Below are positions 27,687-27,704 of a DNA stretch of 27,704 bases, piece by piece (positions within the stretch are counted from its first letter, which is position 1; every line of letters begins with the position of its first letter). The stretch comes from Candidatus Hydrothermarchaeota archaeon. Its GTDB lineage: Archaea; CAYFZR01. The notes beneath the pieces are model-generated. The model was given only the letters and a program-made list of their open reading frames with translations. It had not been told where the DNA came from and made no database searches. The translations under genes were made by a program, and so were the position numbers. The stretch spans positions 1 to 27,704 of the forward strand of contig JBHIEG010000024.1 of assembly GCA_046760505.1 (NCBI GenBank). The letters run 5' to 3'.

Positions 27687-27704
27687 CTCCAAGAAAAATA
27701 ACGC

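Overview
Low-GC archaeal (euryarchaeal-type) chromosomal window with BRE/TATA promoters and GGTG/GGAGG Shine-Dalgarno motifs. From 1.1 to 13.0 kb it is housekeeping. A minus-strand run encodes a NusA-like Zn/KH protein, coaBC, pantoate kinase, phosphopantothenate synthetase, a non-discriminating aspS and trkA-trkH. It is followed by a DUF5611-like gene, purA, trpS and endA, then divergent cobA-hemD. From 13.2 to 27.7 kb it is more accessory: two unknown small proteins with a GH15 glycosidase, a membrane-anchored winged-helix protein next to a secreted 14-aa-repeat protein, an APH-fold plus P-loop kinase pair, a GT2, cobD, a wHTH gene, a COG1361 S-layer-like/MacB-type ABC cassette, an unknown small protein and a cation:proton antiporter. 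The clearest unexplained signal is a 45-bp direct repeat (22350-22394 and 25911-25955) flanking the 3.56-kb S-layer/ABC cassette. The downstream copy looks like the displaced original 3' end of the wHTH gene, which suggests an integrase-less insertion into a two-gene operon. The first ~1.1 kb holds back-to-back 5'-truncated and frameshifted gene fragments. I saw no tRNA, rRNA, CRISPR array, integrase or transposase. All family calls come from motif recognition by eye, not database searches.
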